Below, piece after piece: positions 29,981-43,228 of a stretch of 64,000 nucleotides of DNA. Below the pieces are notes generated by a model. The model saw only the letters and a list, made by a program, of their open reading frames with translations. It was not told where the DNA came from and made no database searches. Each line of letters opens with the position of its first letter. The first letter of the stretch is position 1. The stretch comes from Eledone cirrhosa. Its lineage: Eukaryota. The stretch spans positions 72,540,001 through 72,604,000 of the forward strand of contig OZ024745.1 in NCBI GenBank assembly GCA_964016885.1. The letters run 5' to 3'. A program made the translations under genes and the position numbers.

Positions 29981-31200
29981 TGTAAATATGGTGATAATGG
30001 AGCTGCGGCGTTGCAAATGGGATACATATGAAAAAGTGAGTCCTCATCAGTGACCCTCCAACCGTCCTCGGCATTTCATCGCTTTAAGGGCCATATGCCT
30101 TAGGTTGGTGCGAACAACGGCTAAAAAAAGTCGTTGGGACACGTAAATAAGGGGGGGACATTAGAGTAACAACAAAAGGGTTATAGCAACGGAAAGTGAG
30201 TAGAAATAGACAAGTCCCAGATCTCTATGAATATAAACTCTGTGAAATCGTGAACAAGAGACGAAAGACCATCGAACCTGGTAGAAATGTGAGCAAGGAA
30301 AGAATTTCGCCCAAGTTCGACAGGGGGGAAAAAGGAGAGAGAGAGAGAGAACGAAAACTGGTCTACGAATTCGGTAAACGCAAGTTTTGTGAAGTCGCAG
30401 ACGAAAGAGAGAGAGAAAAAAAATTATTACCAGCTCGGTCAAGACTGCGCGAGAAAAGAATTACACACAGGTCAAACTTGAAGGAGGAGGAGGAAAGAGG
30501 AGGAGGAGAGGTAGTGACAGAGAATGAGTGAGTGAAAGTTGAGGAGAGGGTAACAGAGAGGAAACTGCTAAAAGTGGTAGAGATACAAGGAACGAAACAG
30601 ACAGGCAGCATGGAAAGTATATGTGTAAATATGGTGATAATAGAGCTGCGGCGTTGCAAATGGGATACATATGAAAAAGTGAGTCCTCATCAGTGACCCT
30701 CCAACCGTCCTCGGCATTTCATCGCTTTAAGGGCCATATGCCTCAGGTTGGTGCGAACAACGGCTAAAAAAAGTCGTTGGGACACGTAAATAAGGGGGGG
30801 GGGACATTAGAGTAACAACAAAAGGGTTATAGCAACGGAAAGTGAGTAGAAATAGACAAGTCCCAGATCTCTATGAATATAAACTCTGTGAAATCGTGAA
30901 CTAGAGACGAAAGACCATCGAACCTGGTAGAAATGTGAGCAAGGAAAGAATTTCGCCCAAGTTCGACAGGGGGGAAAAAGGAGAGAGAGAGAGAGAACGA
31001 AAACTGGTCTACGAATTCGGTAAACGCAAGTTTTGTGAAGTCGCAGACGAAAGAGAGAGAGAAAAAAAATTATTACCAGCTCGGTCAAGACTGCGCGAGA
31101 AAAGAATTACACAAAGGTCAAACTTGAAGGAGGAGGAGGAAAGAGGAGGAGGAGAGGTAGTGACAGAGAATGAGTGAGTGAAAGTTGAGGAGAGGGTAAC
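29981..31200. repeat. ~645-bp direct tandem duplication (~1.9 copies) between (TA)n tracts
   Basis: TGTAAATATGGTGATAAT.GAGCTGCGGCG at 29981 and 30624; the two units are nearly identical. Confidence 0.9.
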
Positions 31201-31364
31201 ATATATATATATATATATATAAATTTAGAAGAACAAAACCAGGTTTCACATTGAAGTTTTTATTGATTAGCCTCAGTTACGAACGTTTCACAGATGAGTG
31301 GCTCAAGATCCATATTTGTGTTATGGACCCGACTTCATCAGGCTTGTTAATCAGACAAAACCAG

Positions 31365-31440
<76 letters not shown>

Positions 31441-31444
<4 letters not shown>

Positions 31445-31660
31445 ATAATAATAAATTTGAAGACTAAAATCCAAAGAGGGCTCGATAAGGATAAATATAT
31501 ATCAAATATATAAGAACCGTCTTCCTGTCTTCCTCCGATTGCAACGTTTATTTGAAATGTTTACTTCTGCGTTCACAGATTGACTTTTTTAGCTTCAGAA
31601 GATCCCGTTAAGGGTGAACGCAGCGATTCTTTGCTTAAACTTTAATCTGTTATTTTAATA
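31441..31660. mobile_element. Family F2 element: inverted tail plus HHR-like motif 31591-31641
   Basis: Tail matches 62105-62184; body matches 8530-8660 and 26700-26820. Confidence 0.7.
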
Positions 31661-31822
31661 AATATATATATATATATATATATATTAGAAAGTGAGGTCT
31701 TTTTTACAAAATGAAAAATAACCGAGGTGTCCTACACGAGTGAAAGTATAAAGAAAAAAAGATGAAATCGAAAATGCAACTGGAGTCTTATTTTAAAAGA
31801 AATATATATATTTATTTGGTTC

Positions 31823-31858
31823 CTTTACCGGTTTCGCAGTTCTTCTGCTTTTCAAAAG
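31823..31858 (-). ncRNA. Minimal type I hammerhead, U3-A8 core (family F6)
   Basis: Minus strand CTT TTGAAAA GCAG AAGAA CTGC GAAA CCGG TA AAG. Confidence 0.6.
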
Positions 31859-32003
31859 TAGAGTTGAGATGGAGGGTTTGTGGTTTTTCTCACATCTGGT
31901 TGGTCTCTGAATGTTACTTGTTTTATATGGAAAAAAGTGGCTCGAAATGCCAGGTTTTTAGAGAAATAGATATATATATATATATACATACATACACACA
32001 CAC

Positions 32004-32056
<53 letters not shown>

Positions 32057-32068
32057 TATATATATATA

Positions 32069-32118
<50 letters not shown>

Positions 32119-32132
32119 CTATATATACCAAG

Positions 32133-32196
<64 letters not shown>

Positions 32197-32199
<3 letters not shown>

Positions 32200-32333
32200 A
32201 ACAAGTAAGACCCCGACGGCTTGAGCTCAGCCGTCGGGGTCTTACTTGTTCCTATTACCCACTCTACTACCCTAAGTATTGAGTACTTTGGTGCGTTATG
32301 GTCCACCTGGTTCCTTACCACTTTACCTTCGTT
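32197..32333. mobile_element. Family F1 foldback copy
   Basis: Palindrome centred on GAGCTC near 32223, followed by the F1 tail. Confidence 0.75.
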
Positions 32334-33189
32334 ATATATATATATATATATACCTCTTGCGATTCTGTAATAATGCTTTTCACCATATAACTCCTGCTGG
32401 GATCCAGATAAGGATGGGTTAAATGTGTCATGTCGGGTTAGATAAATCAATCACTCCCTGCAATATACAACTAAAGTCTAATTGTTAACTTCATATAGAT
32501 TCTTTTGAAACACCTATCACCTACTTTCATTTTTTATACCCAATCACCTTTATTTGTCAACTTAAACATTTGTATGTTTGTATCAAATTCCTTCTTTAAA
32601 ACTATAACATATCGGTCGTTTAATTCTTTTGTTATCTCTCACAGCTTTTTCTTTCTTTTTATTTATTCTTTCTGACTTATGTTGTTTTCTTTACTTCCTT
32701 TCATCTCCTTTTCTTTCATTAGTCTATTCTTACTTCTTTTTACCTGTCATTCTACGTTGCAGTTCTTTTACTGCCTTCATTTATTTGTTTGTTTCTTTCT
32801 TTCTTTCTTTCTTTATTTCTTCCATCATTCTTATATTTATTTCTGTCTTATTTTTTACTTTTTGTCTTTGTTTCCTTCCTTTCTTTTCCTTACACAAATA
32901 CAGGAATTAAATGTATCTTTGTCTACAACTCCACTCATCCTTCTTTCTCTATATGAATATTTTCCCTGTTTTTTTTTTGTGCTTGTTCATTCTTCGTGTC
33001 CCATTTGTTCTATTCCAACATTTTTCTCATCATTTGTCAACCCCTATTTTCATTCCGCTTCAAATATAAATGGGATTAATCCTATGTAAAGAAGGCATAC
33101 GTAGTTTTAGTTCACTCAAGTATATATGTATATAAATATATAGGAAAAGAGTCGGGACCCCGACGGCTGAGCCCCGGCTGTTTCGACAG

Positions 33190-33234
<45 letters not shown>

Positions 33235-34111
33235 CTCATTAATAACATCTGAAGGCTGGACTGGAAATTTCTTTAGAATTTTAATATTATATTTACATTT
33301 ATATATAGGGTATGCATACGCACATCTATCTCTTAACAATCAGTTCTACAGGGATGAATACATTCACATTTATATAGTTAAGGATATGTATGCTTAAAGC
33401 AATAGATATACCTGTTTGTCAGATACACTTTATTTACAAAAGACTATTTCTATTTTAACGTCGAACATGAATTTGTCACAAAGGACGTGCAAATATAATC
33501 ACATACAGGAAATGGACTATGGAAACGGAAACTTACATAAAATAGCTTATTATTAGAAGGGAGGAGTGAAGCATTAGTATACCTAATAAAATGCTGTGGT
33601 TTGCTTGAAGCATTGTATATAATATATATATTGTGGAAAGTGATATATGTAAGAAGGCTAAAACAATGCAAAATGGAGGGTAAGCTGAAAAAGTTGGTTT
33701 ACTGGTAATCTTTTTTTTTTTTTTCGTCCTAATATTTCAGGACTTAAAATTCCCTTCGTCAAAATATTAGGAACTCTCAGAAAAACGTTTCGCTTTATTT
33801 GCTTTGAAATTTGTTTCACAAGACACACGATTCGATTGTTCTTAGAGAATTAATTTCAATATAATATTATCGATACTTATTTCATCGACCCTGAAATTAT
33901 GAAAGAATAATTCAGATAGAACACTGATGTGATTGCAACTAGAAAATGGAGAGACAAAACGTAATGCATTTGACATCATTCATATTTTTACATCCTTCCC
34001 TATGTATGTATGTATGTATGTATGTATGTATGTATGTATGTATGTACGTATGTATGTATGTATGTATGTATGTATATGTATGTATATGTATATATATATG
34101 TATGTATGTAT

Positions 34112-34399
34112 TGGAGGCACGTGGCCTTGTGGTTAAGGGTGTTGGACATACGGTCATAATGTCGTGGGCTCGATTCCTGGGTTGCATGTTGTGTTCTTGA
34201 GCAAAACACTTCATTCACGTTGCTCCAGTATACTCAGCTGAAAATGAGTACCAGCAATAGCTGGAGGTTTAACCCTGCGATGGGCTGGCGTCCTGTCCAG
34301 GGGGAGGGGGTCTTCTACTCTCAGTCGCTTCACGCCATGAAACCGTGATAAGCACCGGCCAAATGAGCCTTCTGGCTTAAGACAAACTTTAGACTTTAG
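34112..34399 (+). mobile_element. SINE S2
   Basis: tRNA head plus body matching 9368-9633; short AACTTTAGACTTTA tail. Confidence 0.85.
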
Positions 34400-34428
34400 A
34401 TGTATGTATGTATATATGTATGTATGTA

Positions 34429-34504
<76 letters not shown>

Positions 34505-34627
34505 TATATATATACATATATAAATATGTATATATATACATATATATATGTATATATATACATATATATATATGTATATATATACATATATATATATATG
34601 AATATATATACATATATAAATATATAT

Positions 34628-34658
<31 letters not shown>

Positions 34659-34676
34659 CATATATAAATATGTATA

Positions 34677-34752
<76 letters not shown>

Positions 34753-34797
34753 GCATATATATATATATACATGCATATAAATATATATAAAATCACA

Positions 34798-34922
<125 letters not shown>

Positions 34923-34926
34923 ATAT

Positions 34927-34969
<43 letters not shown>

Positions 34970-35275
34970 ATATATTATATATTATATATATATACGTGGA
35001 TTTTTTATTAACTTGGATACAAATTAACAATAATAGGTATGAATTATATTTAAATATATATTGAATTCAATCCAGAATAAAACTGTTTTAAGAATCAAAT
35101 TACAGGAAATATTATTGCTTTGATACTGACATTGATTCCTGGCTATGTATTTAAATACACACAGAGACATTCAACGTTTATTTGACAACATATGAATGCA
35201 CAATTGTAAATATCGATTGTTTGGCTTCGTTCTGTTAATTATTTTATAACACTATTGTTTTTATTTTTATTGCAG

Positions 35276-35440
35276 GGTATTTTTGAACCTGTATTTTCCA
35301 ACTGGGCGCCATGGAGTGCCTACGGCCCCTGTATGAAGACGTGTGGTCAAGGGATTTCATTCAAACGACGCATGTGTCAGAGTCGTAAACAGGACGATTG
35401 CCCTGGAGAACATACCAAATATAGAATATGTAACGACCAG
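35276..35440 (+). CDS. ADAMTS-like/punctin-papilin-type protein, exon encoding thrombospondin type 1 repeat 1
   Basis: Polypyrimidine-TGCAG acceptor, CAG|GTAAAT donor, 165 nt, phase 0/0; WAPWSAYGPCMKTCGQGISFKRRMC...CPGEHTKYRICNDQ. Confidence 0.92.
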
Positions 35441-35914
35441 GTAAATATATTTCAAAATATTCCTTGTTGTCTCCTTTAGTTTTACAATACTAAATCTCAA
35501 TAATAAGCCCATGCCTGTGCTATATAAGGTACATTGATAATACCTGCTATTTGTTTGAGAGTTGCAGAACTTATCGTCTGTAATGAACATCAGCAAGAGC
35601 TTCCATGTATTATCTAATAAGACAATATTTAACGACAATAACATATAAAAATGTTAAAGATCTGCATCATACAGCCATATTTTCAAATCAATTCTCAACT
35701 TAAACACCAATACAACTCACCATATACTGCTAGTCTTCATTGCCAATCCTACAAGAAGTTCTGGGTTCTTTTCTTCGGGCACACACATATATATATATAT
35801 GATTCAGGTTTGCTCTTGTTTCTCTATAAGTAAATAAAATGCACCTCATTATGGAGTAGTGTTGTCATATACCAAACGTTTCTGCTAACAACCACATTAT
35901 TAGTATGAAATAAG

Positions 35915-36108
35915 GGCGGTGGATTGGTAGTATCGGTAGAGGGTCGGACGCCATGCATTGCAGCATAGAATTTCGCCCTTTTATGATCTGAGTTCAAATC
36001 CCGCTGAGGTTAACTTTGCCTTTCATCCTTACAGGGTCGATAAAATAAAGTACCAGTAATACACTGGGATAATTGCTGGCCTTGTGCCAAAAGTAGAAAC
36101 AATTATTA
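35915..36108 (+). mobile_element. SINE S1 (intronic)
   Basis: Matches S1; further copies at 36819-37013, 39717-39897, 41683-41870, 41892-42122. Confidence 0.9.
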
Positions 36109-38754
36109 GTATGAAATATTACTTAAATTGGAATATTGTTTCCTTTCCTGCATGTCCTGTTAAGGCTTCTGTCATTTGGTTACTCTTGTTATACTTGCAA
36201 GGATCCTCTTCAGTATTCGTGCTGCGTTTTCCACTACAATTGTTTAAGGAATCTGTCATACAGAGAACTGAACCTCATTAAGTCTAGATATCATTCACAG
36301 TACATGAACCAGTAAACATTGACATTTCACCTATTTTATCAACTAAGAATTTATACTCTTTGAAATGCCTTTATTCTTTCGGGGATACGTTAAATAGAAG
36401 CCTTTTGAAATGCCTCCAGTCGGCATTGCGATCATTAGCGCGTCAAACTATTCTATTTGTACTCTCCTTTTAAAGATGTGATGTTATATCTCCTTTATAT
36501 ATAAGAAACAATCATTTTGTCCGTCTTTCTCTCTATTCATGCATGCATATTGATATGACGGAGATGTTGATTTAATTACGGTGTTGGAATATTAGCCAGA
36601 TACCAATAGAAAAAAAGCCTTAATAGGTAAGGGAACCTGAGCACTGATAGCAAAATCCCGACACACATACTGCAAGGTATCTCGTTCAACGCTCTAACAA
36701 TTCTATTTACTTATAGGCTGAGATTGGTACATTATTTACTGATTCTACAAAGAATCTTATTCGAAAATCTGAGATTTCAAATTCGTGGCCTTAAAGTGAC
36801 CAAAACCATTATTTATTAGGCGGTGGATTGGCAGTATCGGTAGAGGGTCGGACGCCATGCTTTGCAGCAAAGAGTTACGGCCCTTGCCATTCTGAGTTCA
36901 AATCCCGCGGAGGTTGACTTTGCCTTTCATCCTTACGGGGTCGATAAAATAAAGTACCAGTAATACACTGGGTAATTGCTGGCTTTGTGCCAAAAGTAGA
37001 AACAATTATTTATTAGAAGTATATTTTATGTAGCTTAATTTTAACAGACTTTAAATGACTAGTGTCATTCTACAAAACTTACAACAAGCAATTTACGTTC
37101 TACACACAAATTTAAATAAAATTCCGAATGGAAAGAAATGATTTTGATACTGATTGTTGGAAGCTATATCTTTAAATAAAAATAATCGTTTAGAGTTTAA
37201 AGCTACATTTCAAATTTCAATTTCAATTGCAATATTCAATTAAAATCTGTATTTTGTCGGAGCAAAACTAACGATCCATATGTTACCAGATCAGATCTGG
37301 TAGCGCAGATCAAAATAATTTAATCCGTGAACACCTCTTTATTCAGACAAATTGTATTTAGAATTGCATTATCAGATATACCTTAACTTCGTTTATACAG
37401 ACAGTAGAATGTGATTAAATATATATTTGGTTGCTATTTCTAGCTTCTCGTCAGATAGAAAAAGGGAAGTGTGGCTTTAATTCCTACGAAAAGGCATTCC
37501 CTGGAATCTACCACGTCATTCATGTCTGTTACCAGATAGGTTTACCATTTATACACATCAGTTTTAAGAAAGGTAATTCAGGTCGACTTCCAGTGTTTAA
37601 AATCTAGTCTGGTAACATTTTCTAAATGTTTTTTAATGGTTTGAAACAGTTTGGTTTCATAATCAGACATTTTCCCTCTAGAACATGTGGTATTTCCATA
37701 AGATACTTGAATACTTGTAAATATATATTATTAATAATTGTTAATGTAAACATATACAATACCCACGAAAATCTCTCGGTGTCTAAAAAAACACCCAACA
37801 TTCCAATCAAAATTCATATTGTTCTAGCTTAGTTTAAAGATGTGTACTGATAAAATGAGGCAAGGGCATTTTAGATAAAAATGTATATATATTTACTGAC
37901 TTGTTGACACATTTAACGTAATATCACACTAAATATACAATTACCTCATTAAACGAATTATCAGCATTTTAACATATAAACCACCCTATTATTAGTAGAT
38001 TAGGAGTATTTGTGACTCACTTACATCAACAGATATTAAACATGCAAGTAGAATATTGATATAAGCATTATACAATTCACACAATACATTCAGATCACTA
38101 CTACTTGGTAGTTGATATAAAGTAGATTACGAAACTTTTTATAAAGTATAGATATATTTTTATGTCATATATTATAGTCAAAGACACATATTTAAATTGT
38201 GAAACTTTACATAGTTAAATATTCGAGAATAATGGACATTTGTACAGAAATATGAGGTAATTTATATACGTACATCTTAAATTCAAAAGAACCATGTAAA
38301 ATATATGTTTTGGTGTGCTGAAAGATAAAAGTTTAATTTCTTTAAAATTATATATTAAATGAATTAAAATCAAGACATCCCATGGAGGCAATAAAAGACA
38401 TTAAAAGAAAAACATTTATAACAAATTTAAAATACAAATATACAAAATTCCAAATGGATAAAGCTTCGTATACTCAGTCATGTTGAATTATGCCTGGCAG
38501 ATAGATTGTCTAAGTCGTCGTATTGCTAACGAGCGGCATCATAGATACGTATCGCCTTCTGTCATAAGTAGTATGATGGAATCGTAAGAGTACCACCATC
38601 ATATACGTCTTGGGAACTTTCAACCTGGCGAGGCCCTTCCCCACTACATGTTTGCACACCACCGATTTCTTCGGTAAAAAGAGATAGATAAATAACAGAG
38701 AGAAAGAGGATGGAGAGAAGGATGCGAGAAATACATACACCCCCCCCCCCCCCA

Positions 38755-39028
38755 CCGCAAGGTGGTCGTAGAGGTGCCACGGCAAAAAAGCACCCAGCCC
38801 ACACTGTAAAGTGGACGTGTAGGCGCCACGAAAAAGCACCCAGCACTCACTGTAAATGAGGTTGGTGTTAGGAAGGGCATCCAGCTGTAGAAATCAAGCC
38901 AAATCAGTTCCTGTATGAGCAAGGCATGGTCAGCCGACCAGACACTGCCCACAACAGGACAACCCGTCTAATCCATGCTAGTGTGGAAGAACGGACGTAA
39001 AACGGCGATGATGATGATGATGATGATG
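38755..39028 (+). mobile_element. SINE/LINE-tail element with (GAT)n tail
   Basis: GTTAGGAAGGGCATCCAGCTGTAGAAA...GGACGTAAAACGGCGATGATGATG; related motifs near 21660 and 28920. Confidence 0.6.
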
Positions 39029-40741
39029 AGAAGAATCGATCCCCAGTACTGGACAAATATGTTTTTATAGAACTCGGAAAGATGAAAGGACGGGTTTGAA
39101 CGCAGAGAGCGCGAGAGAGCCGGCACGAACAACGCAAAACATTCTATTTGATGTTCTAACTATATGCTGCCTTGTTTTGAGTAGAAATTAAGTGTAATAA
39201 AGTGAAACTAAATTTTAGAGCTAATAACAGCGAATATGTGGTCTATAACTTAACTGACCACAAACCACTCAAAATCGTTGGAGGTGCCCGTCCCACTCTA
39301 ACGAGTTTCTAAATTCCAGTACATCGGATCGCTCATGGCAGACTGACAACATGGTGGTGTTGCTATGGAAAATACTCAATATTAGGAAGAATAGAGTCTT
39401 CATGGTGACAACTGCGACATTCTTTTCTGCAGGTGCGACTCTCGATGGGTGATCCTGTAGCCTTCAGTCTCAGATGGATGTAGAAAATATTTATGTTATC
39501 CCCCTCGGCCTGTGGCTTGAGGAAAGACATTCTCAGATTGTTACCATTATCTGTGACATTCAAAGTTTCCTAATAGTAAAATCATTATCTGGAAGTAGGC
39601 TTATGGTATGGTGACTCATAATCGTCTTACTTAAACCATGGCCAAGAACCTGATTGACGACAATGTTACCACTTGTTCTGATAAACTTAGAACACTGATG
39701 AAAACATTTGCGTTTCATTGCAGTATCGGTAGAGGGTCGGACGCCATGCTTTGCAGCACAGTTACGTCCCTTTACGGACTGAGTTCAAATCCCGCCGAGG
39801 TTAACTTTGCCTTTCATCCTTACGGGGTCGATAAAATAAAGTACCAGTAATACACTGGGATAATTGTTGGCCTTGTGCAAAAAGTATAAACAATTATCAA
39901 ATTGTAGTAAGTTTTTTATATTTTATGTGTTTCCTTCTAGTTAAAATTTGAAATGCTTTTACAATCTACGACGTGGTTAAAGTGCTTCATCATTAAATGT
40001 AAGGTCACAGCCGAACCACATTACTAGAATTATTCTGTTAGCGGAGATTTGGCAAACCGCACAACACTAATTGTCTAGTTTCCCTGACAGAGAATATAGA
40101 GCAACTCGTGTTGTTACATAATTTACTATATTTTGAAAATGTTTTGTGAGCATCGTGGTAGAAGAGATGAAGCCATATGAGTTAATTAAGGCTTTCTCTC
40201 ATGGTTGAACATATGTATATGGATTTGTGCCTCACTAAGTATTAAAATATCAAATATATATTTCCGAGATGTTTAACACTTTTTCATATCTCTCTATAGA
40301 TATTAATGTATATATATATATATATATAATATAAGATCAAAAGATGGTTAAAGGAGTTCCATGTATTTTATTATGCGTATTTCAAAAACAAACATCATCA
40401 TGCAATAATATTTATGTTTTCATCAGATAAAACAGGAGAACATGATATGAAGGCTAAAAAACACTTGTGGATAGTGCAGTTGATTTAAAACTGAGAGTCA
40501 TACTCGTATGACTCTAAAACCCGGTCCGTCTGTGTGGTTACATACAGACTAGCTGACACTCACTGTAAAGTGTCTAGTGAAAAACTGAGTACATGTACAT
40601 ATGTATACATGTGTGTATTTATATGCATACTAATACTTCCGTATACATATGTAGATGTACACTTTAACTTAATTGTTTAAGCGTCAGTCATACAAAAGTG
40701 AGTTAGAAGCGAAACGAAATTTAATTTCGTTTCGTTATTTG

Positions 40742-40855
<114 letters not shown>

Positions 40856-40919
40856 CATGTGATCGTGTTACCCAAATATTCTTCGAACAATATATTCCAT
40901 AGTATTCTTTATTCTACAG

Positions 40920-41147
40920 GAATGTCCTGGTGCAGGTCATGATGTTAGAAAGTCACTCTGTCAACGATATAACCAAGTTGCACATAAAGGAAAATACTTA
41001 TCATGGACTTCATTGGTGGAACCAAACAACATATGTACACTGATTTGTAAAGCTAATTCAGGTGGACACGTTGTAAAGCTGCAATCTGTTGACCTGGATG
41101 GTATTGAATGTGGTAATGGATCTTACTGTCTTGGTGGAAAATGCTCT
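40920..41147 (+). CDS. ADAMTS-like exon: Cys-rich domain
   Basis: TTCTACAG acceptor, TCT|GTAAGT donor, 228 nt, phase 0/0; ECPGAGHDVRKSLCQRYN...WTSLVEPNNICTLICKA...DGIECGNGSYCLGGKCS (not in ORF track). Confidence 0.92.
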
Positions 41148-43072
41148 GTAAGTATTTTAGGAAATTTCTAGCCTTCAAATCATCTTTGTAGAATCTCAGA
41201 TTACACAATTATGAAAGGATGTGTCATTAATAATTTGGAAAGATATATACTTATCCCACTGTATCCCTTTCATCATTCGCGTCGGTCTTCTGTCTCAGAT
41301 TTACACCTCTTTCTGTTCCTTTATACGTTAAGTATTTTATTTGTATGCCTGAAAAAAAAAGAGAAGTACACGTTCAAGATATTAAATCAAATTCCTACGT
41401 TAATACATTTCTCTTTTCATTTCCCATCCATCTGTTTCTCTCCCCGATTTCACAAACATTGAAAGAATCTTCTCTTATGTCGTTATACCAACAACCCAGT
41501 TATACAAGCATATATACCCGCACCTCACCATACACACAAAGATTTATATTACTACTAATGCATATCTTTCGCAATCCCATTTTTATATGAAAATAGTAAC
41601 CACTGCTATATATGGATTTAAATCAGTTTTCCTGGAAAAAGATTAGAAAGATGGTGACTATATCGTATATGTTTCCTTGTGAGTGGATTGGCAGTATCGG
41701 TAGAGGGTCGGACGCCATGCTTTCCAGCATAGTTACGTCCCTTTACGATCTGAGTTCAAATCCCGCCGAGGTTGACTTTGCCTTTCATCCTTACGGGGTC
41801 GATAAAATAAAGTACCAGTAATGCACTGGGTATTTGCTGGCCTTGTGCCTAAAGTAGAAACAATTACTAGTAACATTAAAAGACAGTGAGAGCGGTGGAT
41901 TGGCAGTCACGGTAGAATGTCGGACACCCTGGTTCGTGGCATAGAGTTACGGTCCTTTACGTTGTAAGTTCAAATTCCGCCGAGGTTAGGTTACTTTTGC
42001 ATGTTATCGTTACGGGATCGATAAAATAACGTACCAGTCACGCACTAAGGCCGATTTAATCAAGCCCCCCCCCCCCCCCCAGTAATATTGCTGGCCTAGT
42101 GCCTAAATTTGAAACCATTATTAAAAGACAGTCTTTACTTCTTTCACTAAATAGCAGAAAATAGTAGTGTAAGGGGTGAAAGTATAGAAACGGAAATTTA
42201 AGAATCGAAAATCTGTATCGTATCAGTTTAGATTGATATATTCAGCTATGATTGAATCAGACCATTTTAGAATAAATGTGCTAACATTAGAAGATTAATT
42301 ACCATTACTGCTTGTGTTAACCTAATAAATTGTGATTAATTTTCGAAACGATATACTTTTTTTCTTTTCTAGATTTTCGTATTAGTTACTTGCTACGTAA
42401 CATTAATAAAAAAAAGGTTGTGATTAATTTTGACTAAGCTAATAGGAAGTAAGCCATACTTATGCTATAAATTAAACATTTTAAAACATATACTAGAGAA
42501 CATAATCACTACAAAAGTTAGAGCAGTTTTTATATTCGGTAAGTTCTTTTATCATCTGGTAGAGTGTTTTGCAGTATTCGCTCCGGCTCTTTGCACTTTG
42601 AGTTCTAATCAGGCTAAGGTCAACTTTGTATTTCATCTTTTCGAGATCAATAAATAAAGTGCCAGTTCAGAACTGGAGTCAAATCTTCCACTATATCTTC
42701 TTTTTTTTCACTTCCTCTATTTCACTTTCTCTCCCCCTCTGGAAGAAACCGACTGTGTACAGACCTGGAAAGGACTGAGCTCCACCAGGTTTAACATGCC
42801 TAAGACACACGCCGTGTCACGAATGTGCCCCTATAACTCCACGAGTGGTGACTGATTAAACAAATGATTCGTTTATATGTTATTATGTTAACGAATCTAT
42901 AGTAACTGAGGTATGTTTAACATTTCATTCATTAAGAAGGCCATGCACAAGCGGTGCAAATTGAAAAAAAAAAAAGAAATATTTTTTAAGTCAATGTCTT
43001 CATCAGTGTTATGGATACAGAAGATAATGAGTTCGTGGTAATTATATTGAAATGATTCTCAATTTTTTGCAG

Positions 43073-43228
43073 ACTGTCGGGTGCGATAAGGTATTTGGAT
43101 CGAATACTGTTGTCGACATATGCGGAGTTTGTGGCGGTGTTAACGCTACATGTGATCTCAAGTCAGGGACTAAGGCTGGAAAATACTACTGGAAGACAAC
43201 ATGGGGTCCGTGTTCTGTGACATGTGGC
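43073..43228 (+). CDS. ADAMTS-like exon: end of Cys-rich domain plus start of TSR2
   Basis: TTTTTTGCAG acceptor, GGC|GTAAGT donor, 156 nt; TVGCDKVFGSNTVVDICGVCGGVNATC...YYWKTTWGPCSVTCG. Confidence 0.92.

Noticed and set aside
33588-33685. GTAAGC donor upstream of the first TSR exon as a signal-peptide exon
   Set aside because: The phase-0 frame needed to join exon 35276 has a stop a few codons upstream
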